NCBI GenBank assembly: GCA_022844165.1
Contig: JALHMH010000017.1
Coordinates: 1-64,000 of the forward strand
Length of the DNA stretch: 64,000 nt
Reading direction: 5' to 3'
Origin: Lysobacterales bacterium
Lineage (GTDB): Bacteria; Pseudomonadota; Gammaproteobacteria; Xanthomonadales; SZUA-5
Positions within the stretch are counted from its first letter, which is position 1. Each line of letters begins with the position of its first letter. The notes below the pieces were generated by a model. It made no database searches. It was not told the origin of the DNA and saw nothing but the letters and a program-made list of their open reading frames with translations. This document shows positions 1 through 8,173 of the stretch, in pieces. A program made the position numbers and the translations under genes.

Positions 1-18
1 TCAATCGTCCAGGTCCGG

Positions 19-222
19 TCAGCCACGGCGCGCGCCTCCGTAGAGCCGCTCGCCGATGGCCTTCACGAACTCCCGCTCGAAGTAGTCGAGCCGGTCGTCG
101 GTCAGGTGGACGACGAGGATGTGCTGGTCGCGCCAGCCGCGTTGCTTCATCGCCTCGAGGTCCGTGGTCTCGGGCTGGATGCGCGCCAAGGCGCAGCGAT
201 AAGTGGGCGTCGGGATCTTCAT
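19..222 (-). CDS. Small phage hypothetical protein
   Basis: 67-aa ORF packed directly downstream of the RuvC-like gene in the same operon. Confidence 0.7.
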   Translation of the reverse strand: MKIPTPTYRCALARIQPETTDLEAMKQRGWRDQHILVVHLTDDRLDYFEREFVKAIGERLYGGARRG

Positions 223-223
223 C

Positions 224-688
224 TCAAGTCTCCTCGCTGGCGATGGCCCAGTGCATCAGGGCCAGGGCGTCGGCTTCGTTGTCGTCGGCAGGTGCGTGGC
301 CGAGTGCAGTCATCGCCGCGATCACCAGGTCCTTGCCGGCGTTGCCCTTGCCGGTCGCGTGCTTCTTGATCGTGCCGACCGGCACGCCTTGGTAGGGAAT
401 CTGGTGGTGCTCGCACCACGCGGTGAGCGTGGCCAGGAAGCCGCCGTAGGCGTGGGCAGCATCGGTCGAGACATGCCGTCGCACTTCCTCGAAGTGCAGC
501 GCGTCGATGCCGCCGGCCATGTCCTTGAGTTCTGCGAGCCAGCGCTTGAAGCGCAAGAAGCGCATGCCGCCGCCTTCGAAGCGCTGCGGTCGGAAGCTCT
601 CGCTGCCGCTGGTGATGGCGCCGTCGCTGCTGCGCAGCGCCCAGCCCGTGGTGGTGCCCAGATCGAGGGCGAGGATCGTCGTCGTCAT
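224..688 (-). CDS. RuvC-like Holliday junction resolvase (phage type)
   Basis: ILALDLGTTTGWA, FEEV, DDNEADALA acidic motifs; ATG at 688 chosen over the longer ORF. Confidence 0.8.
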   Translation of the reverse strand: MTTTILALDLGTTTGWALRSSDGAITSGSESFRPQRFEGGGMRFLRFKRWLAELKDMAGGIDALHFEEVRRHVSTDAAHAYGGFLATLTAWCEHHQIPYQGVPVGTIKKHATGKGNAGKDLVIAAMTALGHAPADDNEADALALMHWAIASEET

Positions 689-712
689 GAGTTCAGTCCT
701 TGATTCGGTGTG

Positions 713-821
713 GACTGACGCATCCGACGCGCTATGTCGAAACTCCCATGAGGCGTGTGCACGCGCGCCCGCGCGGGAGAGGTAACGACGTAGTGCGTCA
801 AATGCGTCAGTCGGATGCGTC
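713..821. repeat. Iteron-like inverted repeats (GACGCA/TGCGTC) downstream of primase; possible replication origin
   Basis: GACTGACGCAT 713-723 pairs with ATGCGTCAGTC 802-812; GACGCATCCGAC 717-728 pairs with GTCGGATGCGTC 810-821. Confidence 0.55.
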
Positions 822-831
822 GGCATGGCCG

Positions 832-3114
832 TCAGTCGTCGGCGTAAGGGGTGTAAGCGGGCTTGGGCGGGCTCTTGAGGCCGATGCCCCGGAAGCCGCG
901 CAGGCCAGACGGGTTGCGCCACTTTTCGATGCCGCGCGTGATCAGCAGATCGGAGAACCTTTTCTGCGAGCCGATGAACTCGCCCGCGGCGTCCGCCCAC
1001 TGCTTCCAGTCGGTGAACAACTCGGCGCTCAGCGACTTGGCGTTGGCTTCGCGCACGCAGCGCTCGTCGAGCCAACGACCCAGCGCGTCCTCGGCTTCGA
1101 AGTACTCCTCGGTGGCCTCGAGGACCTGCTGCGGCGGATCGAGCCGACCGAGGCGCTGCCAGTCGAGACACCCCTGAACGGCCCAGGCGAGGATGCCGTC
1201 GCGCTCGGCCAGCAGCTTCTGCTGCAGATGCTTATCGCGACGCTCGGGCGGCACCGTGATCGTGAACGGGATCAGGTGCAGGCGCCGCTTCATCGCTTCG
1301 TCAATGTTGCGGATGGCCGGCTTGTGGTTGCCAGCCACCACGAGCTTGAACTGCGGGAAGAACTCGAAGAAGTCCTGGCGCATGAAGCGTGCGGAGATCT
1401 TGTCGCCGCCGGTGAGGTTCTTGACCTTGGACTCGGCCCAGCGCCGACCTTGTTCGGTTTCGATGGCGGCTACGAAACGCGCGCCGCGCAGTCCCGCCAT
1501 GTCGGTCGGGTGCCGGTCGGTGCGCGTCTCCATGAAGGTGTCCATCGGCGCGTTGGCCGCGTAGTCGCCGAGGATCGTGGCCAGCGTGTTCACGAACACC
1601 GACTTGCCGTTGGCGCCGGTGCCGTAGAGGAAGAACAGCGCGTGCTCCTGCGTCGATCCGGTCAGCGTGTAGCCGGCCATGCGCTGTAGGTAGGCCTGCA
1701 GGTCCGCGTCGCCACCGGTGACCTCGACCAGGAACTGTCGCCAGATCGTGCAGTCGCCGCTCGGCGTCGCCGTGGTGACCTTGGTCATGCGGTCGGCACG
1801 GTCGTGGGAGCGTTGCCGGCCGGTCTTGAGATCGACCACGCCACCGGGCGTGTTGAGCAGCCAGGGGTCGGCGTCCCACTCAGCGGTCGTGGCCGCGTGC
1901 CGGCGATCCGCTCGCGCCAGTCGTTCGACGCCACCGACGGTGCCCGAGGTGGCGAGCTTGGCGGCGATCTTCGGGTTGTCGGCATGGACGGCGGCGTGCC
2001 GGCAGACGCAGCGGATCAGGTCGGTCGCTGCCAGCGTGTCCTCGGTGCGCCAGCGGTGACCGTCCCAGACCAGCCAGCGGCCCCACGCCGCGACGTAACG
2101 CCAATCGCGGTGGTAACGACGCGTGAACGCCAACGCCAGCGCGTCTTCGGTGCCCCACACCGACTCATCGCTGCTGGCGACAGGCTCGTCGTCGCCCGCA
2201 GCGTCATGCATTTGCAGTCGTGGGCCATGCATGAGGAAGGCAGCGACATCGAAGCCTTCGGCAACGGCATCGGCCGCATCCCAGCCGTCCGCAGCCTCCT
2301 CGGGCGGGTACAGGATGTGGCAGGTTTTGGCGCCGGCCGACAAGATCGCCTGCGCGGCGAGCGTGGCGTACTCCCAGCCCGGCTTGTCACGGTCGGGCCA
2401 GATCAGTACGGCTTTGCCGGCCAGCGGCGACCAATCGGTCTTGTCGACCGGCGCGTTGGCGCCGTGCATGGCGGTCGTTGCGGTGATGCCCGCATCGATC
2501 AACGCCTGCGCGCATTTCTCGCCCTCGACCAGAACCACCTGCGCGGCAGCGACGATGCCCGGCTGGTGGTAGAGCGGCCGCGGATCGGGCGGCGCCGTCT
2601 TCCGGCGGCGCGCGTCCCAGGGACGGAACTCCTTCTTCCGCCCGGGCGGGTCATAGCGGTAGACGACCGCGATCAGCTTGCCCGCGGGATCGAGGTAGTC
2701 CCACTTCGCCGAGGCGGGTCCAAGATCGTCGACCGGCGCTTCCTTGCGCGACGGCTTGGCAATTGTCGCCGGCACACGCCCCGCGAGATCTGCGGCCGCG
2801 TCGATCAGACGCGGGAAGTCGGTCACCGGATCGATGCCGCGCGCCGCAGCGATCAGGTCGAAGAGATCGCCGCCATCGCCGGTCGCGCGGTCGGTCCACA
2901 ATCCGACCTTGTCGCCGGTGAGCACGACCTCGAGACTGTCGCCGGGGCTGCCGAGCACGTCGCCGATGAGGAACAGGCCCTTGCGCTTCTTGCCAGCCGG
3001 GAACAGCACCGACAGCACGCTGTCGATTCGCGCGATCAGCGCCGCGCGCACGGCGTCACGCTGTGCGCTACGGTCCGGGAGCGGAGCGGCGTCGGCTTCG
3101 TTGAAATCAAGCAT
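832..3114 (-). CDS. Phage/plasmid P4-family primase-helicase (TOPRIM + D5_N + SF3 helicase)
   Basis: VEGEKCA and WPDRD TOPRIM motifs; LLNTPGGVVDL (D5_N); Walker A GTGANGKS; GNHKP. Confidence 0.92.
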   Translation of the reverse strand: MLDFNEADAAPLPDRSAQRDAVRAALIARIDSVLSVLFPAGKKRKGLFLIGDVLGSPGDSLEVVLTGDKVGLWTDRATGDGGDLFDLIAAARGIDPVTDFPRLIDAAADLAGRVPATIAKPSRKEAPVDDLGPASAKWDYLDPAGKLIAVVYRYDPPGRKKEFRPWDARRRKTAPPDPRPLYHQPGIVAAAQVVLVEGEKCAQALIDAGITATTAMHGANAPVDKTDWSPLAGKAVLIWPDRDKPGWEYATLAAQAILSAGAKTCHILYPPEEAADGWDAADAVAEGFDVAAFLMHGPRLQMHDAAGDDEPVASSDESVWGTEDALALAFTRRYHRDWRYVAAWGRWLVWDGHRWRTEDTLAATDLIRCVCRHAAVHADNPKIAAKLATSGTVGGVERLARADRRHAATTAEWDADPWLLNTPGGVVDLKTGRQRSHDRADRMTKVTTATPSGDCTIWRQFLVEVTGGDADLQAYLQRMAGYTLTGSTQEHALFFLYGTGANGKSVFVNTLATILGDYAANAPMDTFMETRTDRHPTDMAGLRGARFVAAIETEQGRRWAESKVKNLTGGDKISARFMRQDFFEFFPQFKLVVAGNHKPAIRNIDEAMKRRLHLIPFTITVPPERRDKHLQQKLLAERDGILAWAVQGCLDWQRLGRLDPPQQVLEATEEYFEAEDALGRWLDERCVREANAKSLSAELFTDWKQWADAAGEFIGSQKRFSDLLITRGIEKWRNPSGLRGFRGIGLKSPPKPAYTPYADD

Positions 3115-3337
3115 CGGTAGCCTCCGTGGAGGCATCGGGCTGCTGGGCCTGCATCCAGGCCATCAACTCGCCGAGCTTGAAGCGCACCAGCTTGCCGACG
3201 CGGTAATGCGGAATGCCGCGGTGCTTGCGCTGCTGCTTTTGCGCCAGCCAGTGCAACGGCAGGTTGAGACTCATGGCAGCGCTGCGCGCGTCGACGAGTT
3301 TCTCGCCGAGCACGAGATCGACCAAAGGCGTCGTCAT
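3107..3337 (-). CDS. Excisionase-like/MerR-fold HTH protein
   Basis: 76 aa, GIPHYRVGKLVRFKLGELMAW motif; ATGA overlap with upstream gene. Confidence 0.7.
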   Translation of the reverse strand: MTTPLVDLVLGEKLVDARSAAMSLNLPLHWLAQKQQRKHRGIPHYRVGKLVRFKLGELMAWMQAQQPDASTEATDA

Positions 3338-4074
3338 GCGGCGGCCCTCCAGCAGCGGTCCTGCCAGGCGCACATCCGGCACTCGAAGTGGGTGGCATCA
3401 AAGAACCGGCGGGGAAGGAGTTCACCGGCCTCGGTGGCGGTGATCACGCGCACGGCGCGATCCGTCATCTGCTGGGCCAGCGCAGCGTTGAATGCTACGC
3501 GCTCGACGTAGATCTCCATCGAGTCAGCGTTGATCGCGGTGAAGATCGCCGGATGCTCGTGCAGTTCGAGATGGGCCTGGTACAGCGCCACTTGCGCCGC
3601 ATAGACCGGCTTGGCGACGGCGAGCCCCTTGGACTCAACCTCGCGCCAGGCCTTGGCGCCGAGACACTTGTTCTCCCACAGCGCTGGGTAAGCGAAGCCG
3701 TCTGGTCCGCCGACGATCACGCCGTCGACGTGCCCGCGCAGCCGGCCATCGGCGTCGGCGAAACCGAACTGCTCGCCGTTGGTGCGACGGGTGCGCAGAT
3801 CGAAGCCGGCATCCCGCAGCCAGGCCACCATGCAGTCTTCCATCACGTGGCCGCGTTGGAAGATACGCAGCATCCGCCCGTCGATGTCGCGGCCATAGTC
3901 CACCGGCGCCTTGGCGTACTCGAACTGCAGCGCACGCTCGCACTCGACACCCAGACGCGAGGCGCCGAGGTAGTCGCGCGGCTTCTCGTTCGCGCGCGCC
4001 GCCTGCAGGCCGCGGTCGATGCGCGCCGAGACCTGGCCGCTGACGCTGGCCGTGGCATTGAAGTCGAGCGTCAT
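3334..4074 (-). CDS. PD-(D/E)XK Cas4-like exonuclease with probable Fe-S cluster
   Basis: GASRLGVEC, GHVDG, WENK and C-terminal CRMC..C; one N-terminal plus three C-terminal Cys. Confidence 0.8.
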   Translation of the reverse strand: MTLDFNATASVSGQVSARIDRGLQAARANEKPRDYLGASRLGVECERALQFEYAKAPVDYGRDIDGRMLRIFQRGHVMEDCMVAWLRDAGFDLRTRRTNGEQFGFADADGRLRGHVDGVIVGGPDGFAYPALWENKCLGAKAWREVESKGLAVAKPVYAAQVALYQAHLELHEHPAIFTAINADSMEIYVERVAFNAALAQQMTDRAVRVITATEAGELLPRRFFDATHFECRMCAWQDRCWRAAA

Positions 4075-4544
4075 CGCGACTTCTCCCAGAACGCCTTGTC
4101 CTCCAGGTCGGAGAAATCGGTCAGCGGGTCGTGTACCTCGGGCATGCCTCGCACGGGTGGGTACTTCGCCATCTCGTGGTGGGCCGCCATCGCGTTGGTG
4201 AAGCAGGTGACGATGGCGCCGATCACCTGCAGGGCCTCTTGCTCGGCGTACTCGCCGAGCGGCTTGTCGAATCCGATCGCTTCCGCGGCGGCGCCGAAGG
4301 CCTTCAAGCACTTCTGCAGGCACGCGCGCTCGATCTCAGTGGCATCGATCATGTCGGTCTCCGGAATAGGGATTCCCTGGGTGCGCGCGTGCTTCCAGCG
4401 GCCGTACAAGGCGTGGAAGGCGTCCTGGCAGCGGCGCGAGCAGAAGACCCAGTCCCAGGGGTGGTGGCGCGGATCGGTCGGCTTGAAGCGGGTGTCGGAA
4501 TGCCCGAACCCGCGTGCCTGTCGTTTGCAGACCCAGCATTTCAC
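4071..4544 (-). CDS. DUF6511-like phage protein with N-terminal zinc finger
   Basis: CWVC...FCSRRC; ends DLEDKAFW; overlaps next gene. Confidence 0.65.
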   Translation of the reverse strand: MKCWVCKRQARGFGHSDTRFKPTDPRHHPWDWVFCSRRCQDAFHALYGRWKHARTQGIPIPETDMIDATEIERACLQKCLKAFGAAAEAIGFDKPLGEYAEQEALQVIGAIVTCFTNAMAAHHEMAKYPPVRGMPEVHDPLTDFSDLEDKAFWEKSR

Positions 4545-4553
4545 CGGCCCTCC

Positions 4554-5201
4554 TTAGCTCGCCCACGCGGGCTTGCCGGTGGGCGCGCGTGCCGGCGCGG
4601 CGGTTGCCGGTGCGGGGGAATGCGCCGGTGTCGCGGCGGCGCGCGCCGTGGGCGCGGACGGTGCGCCGTGGGTGCGAGTCGGCACACCCATCAGGCGCGC
4701 GTAGTCCGGGTGGTCGGGCTCCACCGCAAGCTTGACCACGTTGCGGTCGCCGCCCTTGGCGTCCTTCTCGACGTCGACGCGGGCCAGGAACTCCAGGCCG
4801 TCGAGCTCGTGGAAGCCGGCGATGCGGCGCGCGGCGACCGCCGGTGGCGAGTTGTCCTGCGGGTGCACGTTGCGTGCGCTGTTGAGCGCGGCCCGGAGGA
4901 AGCTGCGGCCCATCTGGCCCCAGGTCGGGCCCTTGGCGGAGTAAAGGCCGATATTGCTCCACAGCTTGCGCTTGGCGAAGTCGCCGCCGGTGACGACGAA
5001 CTCAGCCGAGAGATACACCGCGCCGGTCTCGAAGGACTGCGTGGCGTAGCCGCCCGTCCAGCCCTGCGCCGGCTCATCGAAGCCACCCGGCTTGATGGTC
5101 ATGCGCACCGGCACCAGCGTGCCTTTGGGGATCAGGTCGAAGCCGCTCTGGGTGTCGGCGTCGTTGAAGTCGTTCCAGCTCGATGCATTGGACGTGGTCA
5201 T
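4554..5201 (-). CDS. Phage SSB-like protein
   Basis: DFNDA..FDLIPKGT N-terminus, Pro/Ala linker, KPAWA tail; follows AAA_24 ATPase. Confidence 0.65.
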   Translation of the reverse strand: MTTSNASSWNDFNDADTQSGFDLIPKGTLVPVRMTIKPGGFDEPAQGWTGGYATQSFETGAVYLSAEFVVTGGDFAKRKLWSNIGLYSAKGPTWGQMGRSFLRAALNSARNVHPQDNSPPAVAARRIAGFHELDGLEFLARVDVEKDAKGGDRNVVKLAVEPDHPDYARLMGVPTRTHGAPSAPTARAAATPAHSPAPATAAPARAPTGKPAWAS

Positions 5202-5204
5202 GGA

Positions 5205-6035
5205 TTACTCCTTGGAAGTGGCAGAGGCAGGCGTCGGCGCAGCAGTGGCCGCGCACTTGGCGATCAGGGCGCCGAGGTCGGGCGGTTCGAGCAGGTCGAG
5301 GCGACCGGAACGGTCTTTGGCCGGGAAGCCGTAGGGGTTGAGCGTGTGCGTGACGAAGGCGCGGTAGGCGCTGCCGTCCTCGGCTTTGATCTCGGCCAAG
5401 GTCACGACCTCGTCGACAATCCCGGGCATCTGCAGGCCGGTCTTGCTGCCCTCGATCTGCGGCTCGAAGACCCTGCGGTTGTAGTCGTCGAGGCGCTCGT
5501 CGAGGATCGCGACGAACACCACGTTCTTGCCGCGGGCGTGCTGCAGGTGAGTCAGTGCGCCGACCATCTCCTGGCCGAGCAGTCCGTAGGCCGCGCGCAG
5601 GTCAGGCTTGCCGGAGCGGTCGCTGATGGCGCCCGGTTGCGACTTGCACCAGGTGAAGCAAAGCCGCGACATCTGCGTGATCGAGTCGACGAAGAAGGTC
5701 GCGTAGCGGTCGATCTGCGCGACATCGCCGAACTGGCCGACGACGTGCTCGTAGTGCGCGACCGAGAACGCCGCCTCCGGCGGCAGCGAGCGATCAGGGC
5801 CCGCGAGGTAGACGAACAGGTCGCGGCACTCCGGCCAGGAGGCTGGGCGGATGGTGTCGCCGGGCCAATCGGCCACCGAGAGATCGCCGGCCTCGATGTC
5901 GATGAACAGCGTCGTCGACGGATCGAGATCGCGCAGGCGAGTGGTCTTGCCGATGCCGGACTTGCCGAGCATCAGCAGCTTCACGCCCTTGCGCTCGGCC
6001 ATGCGCTGCTGTGCGGAGATGATGGGGAGGCTCAT
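5205..6035 (-). CDS. AAA_24 / Sak4-like ATP-binding protein
   Basis: GKSGIGKT Walker A, FVDSIT Walker B, AKDRSGRL; ATG at 6035 overlaps BRO stop. Confidence 0.85.
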   Translation of the reverse strand: MSLPIISAQQRMAERKGVKLLMLGKSGIGKTTRLRDLDPSTTLFIDIEAGDLSVADWPGDTIRPASWPECRDLFVYLAGPDRSLPPEAAFSVAHYEHVVGQFGDVAQIDRYATFFVDSITQMSRLCFTWCKSQPGAISDRSGKPDLRAAYGLLGQEMVGALTHLQHARGKNVVFVAILDERLDDYNRRVFEPQIEGSKTGLQMPGIVDEVVTLAEIKAEDGSAYRAFVTHTLNPYGFPAKDRSGRLDLLEPPDLGALIAKCAATAAPTPASATSKE

Positions 6036-6784
6036 GCGGCCTCCTTCAGCATCTCGGCGACCGCGGGATTCCAGAGGATTTGGTAGCCGCTGTGGCCGTT
6101 GCGGGAGTACGGCATGGCTTCCGCCCAGGCCTCGCCGGCCTCCGTCAGCTCCCACTCGTCGCGCTCGTTGCGGATCTGCAGACCGTTGTCGGACAGCAGC
6201 CGGTTCGTCGCCTTGGGCGAGCGATTCAGCAGCTTCCCGAGTTGGGTAGCGTTCAAGGCGCACACCGGCTCGTTGGCAGCCGGCAGCGCGCGCCGCAGCA
6301 CCTCGGTGGTGATGCCGGTGTTTTCCTGGATGCAGGTCAGCATCGCTGCGGCCGCAATACCGGCCTTGACGCCAGGCACCTTGGCAACCGCTTCGCCGAT
6401 CAGCAGGATGGCGCTGACGCGGTCGTGGGTCGGCGCCGGAAGCGTGGCGAGCGTGCCCGGCGTCAGGTACGAGCCGGTCTTGCGAATGGCCGGGATCACG
6501 TCGTGCGTGACCCAGCGTTTGAAGCGCTTGGCTTCGGCCTTGCGACTGCCGAGGATCAGCGCGTACAGGCCGGGTTCGTTGACGGTGGTCATGTCCTGAT
6601 CACCACCAGGGGTGTGAATTGAACTCACCCCCTTCTCGTCGGCGTCGAGCCGTTCGAGCGCCTTGCGATCCAGCTGGAGGGATGCCAGGACATCGGCAGC
6701 GACGAACCAAGGCTGACCCTGTTCATCGGTGACGACGCGGAGCGATTGCCCTTCAAAACTGAAGGGCGCGAGTTGCGTATTCAT
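6032..6784 (-). CDS. BRO-N family antirepressor
   Basis: PWFVAADV, NEPGLYALILGSRKAEAKRFKRWV, IRKTGSY. Confidence 0.9.
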   Translation of the reverse strand: MNTQLAPFSFEGQSLRVVTDEQGQPWFVAADVLASLQLDRKALERLDADEKGVSSIHTPGGDQDMTTVNEPGLYALILGSRKAEAKRFKRWVTHDVIPAIRKTGSYLTPGTLATLPAPTHDRVSAILLIGEAVAKVPGVKAGIAAAAMLTCIQENTGITTEVLRRALPAANEPVCALNATQLGKLLNRSPKATNRLLSDNGLQIRNERDEWELTEAGEAWAEAMPYSRNGHSGYQILWNPAVAEMLKEAA

Positions 6785-6788
6785 GGAC

Positions 6789-7268
6789 TCAGTCCTCGGA
6801 GATGGTGGTCAGGCGGAAGGTCGGCTTGCCCGGCTTCACGGTGCGGGCGCTGGCGAACTGCTCGCGGAGCGAGGGCGGCCAGTTGTTGAATCGCGATTCG
6901 CTGACCGCGTAGTCGACGTCGATGAAGTCCTCGACCTTTTCGCCGGCAGCGGCGATGCGCTGGGCGATGGCGGCGAGCTTGGTCTGGTCCCAGGACACCC
7001 GCTTCGGGACGTCGACGGTCACGCGGACAGCGCCGTCGTCGATGTGCACGGTGCCGAAGTCCTTGCCGACATCGGCGCGGACTTTCTGGATGCGCTCGGC
7101 GTAGCTCTGGTCGAGCGCCGCATCGACCTTGGCGCGCTGCTGCTTGTGCCAGGTGAGAAGGTCATCGAGGTTGCGGACGATCTCGGCGAGCTGGGTCGTC
7201 GGCAAAGCGGCGAGATCAGCGACACTGAGTGCGGTGAGGCGGTCGGGCAGAACGGTCATTGCAGTCAT
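6789..7268 (-). CDS. Phage hypothetical protein
   Basis: Coiled-coil N-terminus, KRVSWDQ motif, RBS GAGGTGG before ATG 7268. Confidence 0.7.
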   Translation of the reverse strand: MTAMTVLPDRLTALSVADLAALPTTQLAEIVRNLDDLLTWHKQQRAKVDAALDQSYAERIQKVRADVGKDFGTVHIDDGAVRVTVDVPKRVSWDQTKLAAIAQRIAAAGEKVEDFIDVDYAVSESRFNNWPPSLREQFASARTVKPGKPTFRLTTISED

Positions 7269-7278
7269 GGCCGCCACC

Positions 7279-7527
7279 TCACACCGACGCGTGCTGGTAG
7301 GTGGACTCGTGCAGCACCCGGCGTTCGAAGTCGATGACCGACTCCAGCGGGTAGCCGACGCGCTTGGACAGCTTCAGGTACTTCGGGCCGCGGCCCTCCG
7401 AGCGCCACCGCTGCAGGGTTTTGGGGCTCACGCCCCAGCGGTTCGCGACCTCGTTTTCGTTCAGAACCCGGCGGTCGCCGGGAGCCAGTTCGCTGATGGG
7501 CGGGGTGGTGCGGGCTTGCGCTTGCAT
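7279..7527 (-). CDS. AlpA/excisionase-like HTH protein, first gene of the replication operon
   Basis: EVANRWGVSPKTLQRWRSEGRGPKYLKL; RBS AGGAGG. Confidence 0.85.
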   Translation of the reverse strand: MQAQARTTPPISELAPGDRRVLNENEVANRWGVSPKTLQRWRSEGRGPKYLKLSKRVGYPLESVIDFERRVLHESTYQHASV

Positions 7528-7578
7528 CTGTTCCTCCTGTGATTCCGCTGCGGAATCGGTGGAGGCATTTCAGTTTTT

Positions 7579-7648
7579 CAGTGGCGAATTGCCGATGGAC
7601 GCACTGGCGAATTTTTTCGATGGCAAATATTCGCCAGTGGTTCGCCGA
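7579..7648. promoter_or_regulatory. Operator-like repeat cluster (TGGCGAAT/ATTCGCCA)
   Basis: CACTGGCGAAT 7602-7612 and ATTCGCCAGTG 7629-7639 form a perfect 11-bp inverted repeat; extra copies at 7579-7590 and 7641-7647. Confidence 0.55.
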
Positions 7649-7711
7649 CACCAGAAACGACAACGGCGAGCTCGAGGCTCGCCGCTGGGGTGGATGCGTG
7701 CTCGGATCAGG

Positions 7712-8173
7712 TCAGCGTTCGGGAAAACCGAGTAGGCGCCGCTGTTCGTTCCAGTCGCGCGGGATGATGTCGATGCGACCGCGCAGTGCGTGCAGGTTTA
7801 CGTGGCGCGGCTGCCGACCTTCGACGATGGCGGTGATGATGTCGGGCGCCAGCAGCGTCATCCGCAAAATCTCCGAGACCCAGCCACGCTCGAGCTTCTG
7901 CTTGCGGGCCAGATCGCTGACGTGTGGGTAGCGGCCCTCGTCGAGTTGCCTCTGCCAATGGAAGCCTTTCCCGAGCGTTCGGATCATGGATTCGTCGAAG
8001 CCGCCGACCGCGGAATCCGGCGCCGAGGATGGCGGCGGGGTCAGCACCTTGCGGTTCTGGCGGCGCTTGATCGTCAGCGGGACCACCGTGACCCGTTGTC
8101 CGTTGCTGACGTAGCTGCGCGAATCCTCCTTGGCCTCGATAGTGACCGCGAATTTCCGGGCGTGCGTGCTCAT
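7712..8173 (-). CDS. Recombinase-associated hypothetical protein with HTH
   Basis: VSDLARKQKLERGWVSEILRMTLLAPDIITAI; ATGA overlap with recombinase stop. Confidence 0.75.
   Translation of the reverse strand: MSTHARKFAVTIEAKEDSRSYVSNGQRVTVVPLTIKRRQNRKVLTPPPSSAPDSAVGGFDESMIRTLGKGFHWQRQLDEGRYPHVSDLARKQKLERGWVSEILRMTLLAPDIITAIVEGRQPRHVNLHALRGRIDIIPRDWNEQRRLLGFPER

Noticed and set aside
3334-4074. Cas4-like gene as evidence of CRISPR-Cas
   Set aside because: No repeat-spacer array or other cas genes in the window; context is phage recombination.
4131-6086. 651-aa plus-strand ORF and other long antisense ORFs (700..1689, 1804..3120, 8194..9165, 17173..18507, 21358..22659)
   Set aside because: Shadows of GC3-rich genes on the opposite strand, with no recognisable motifs.
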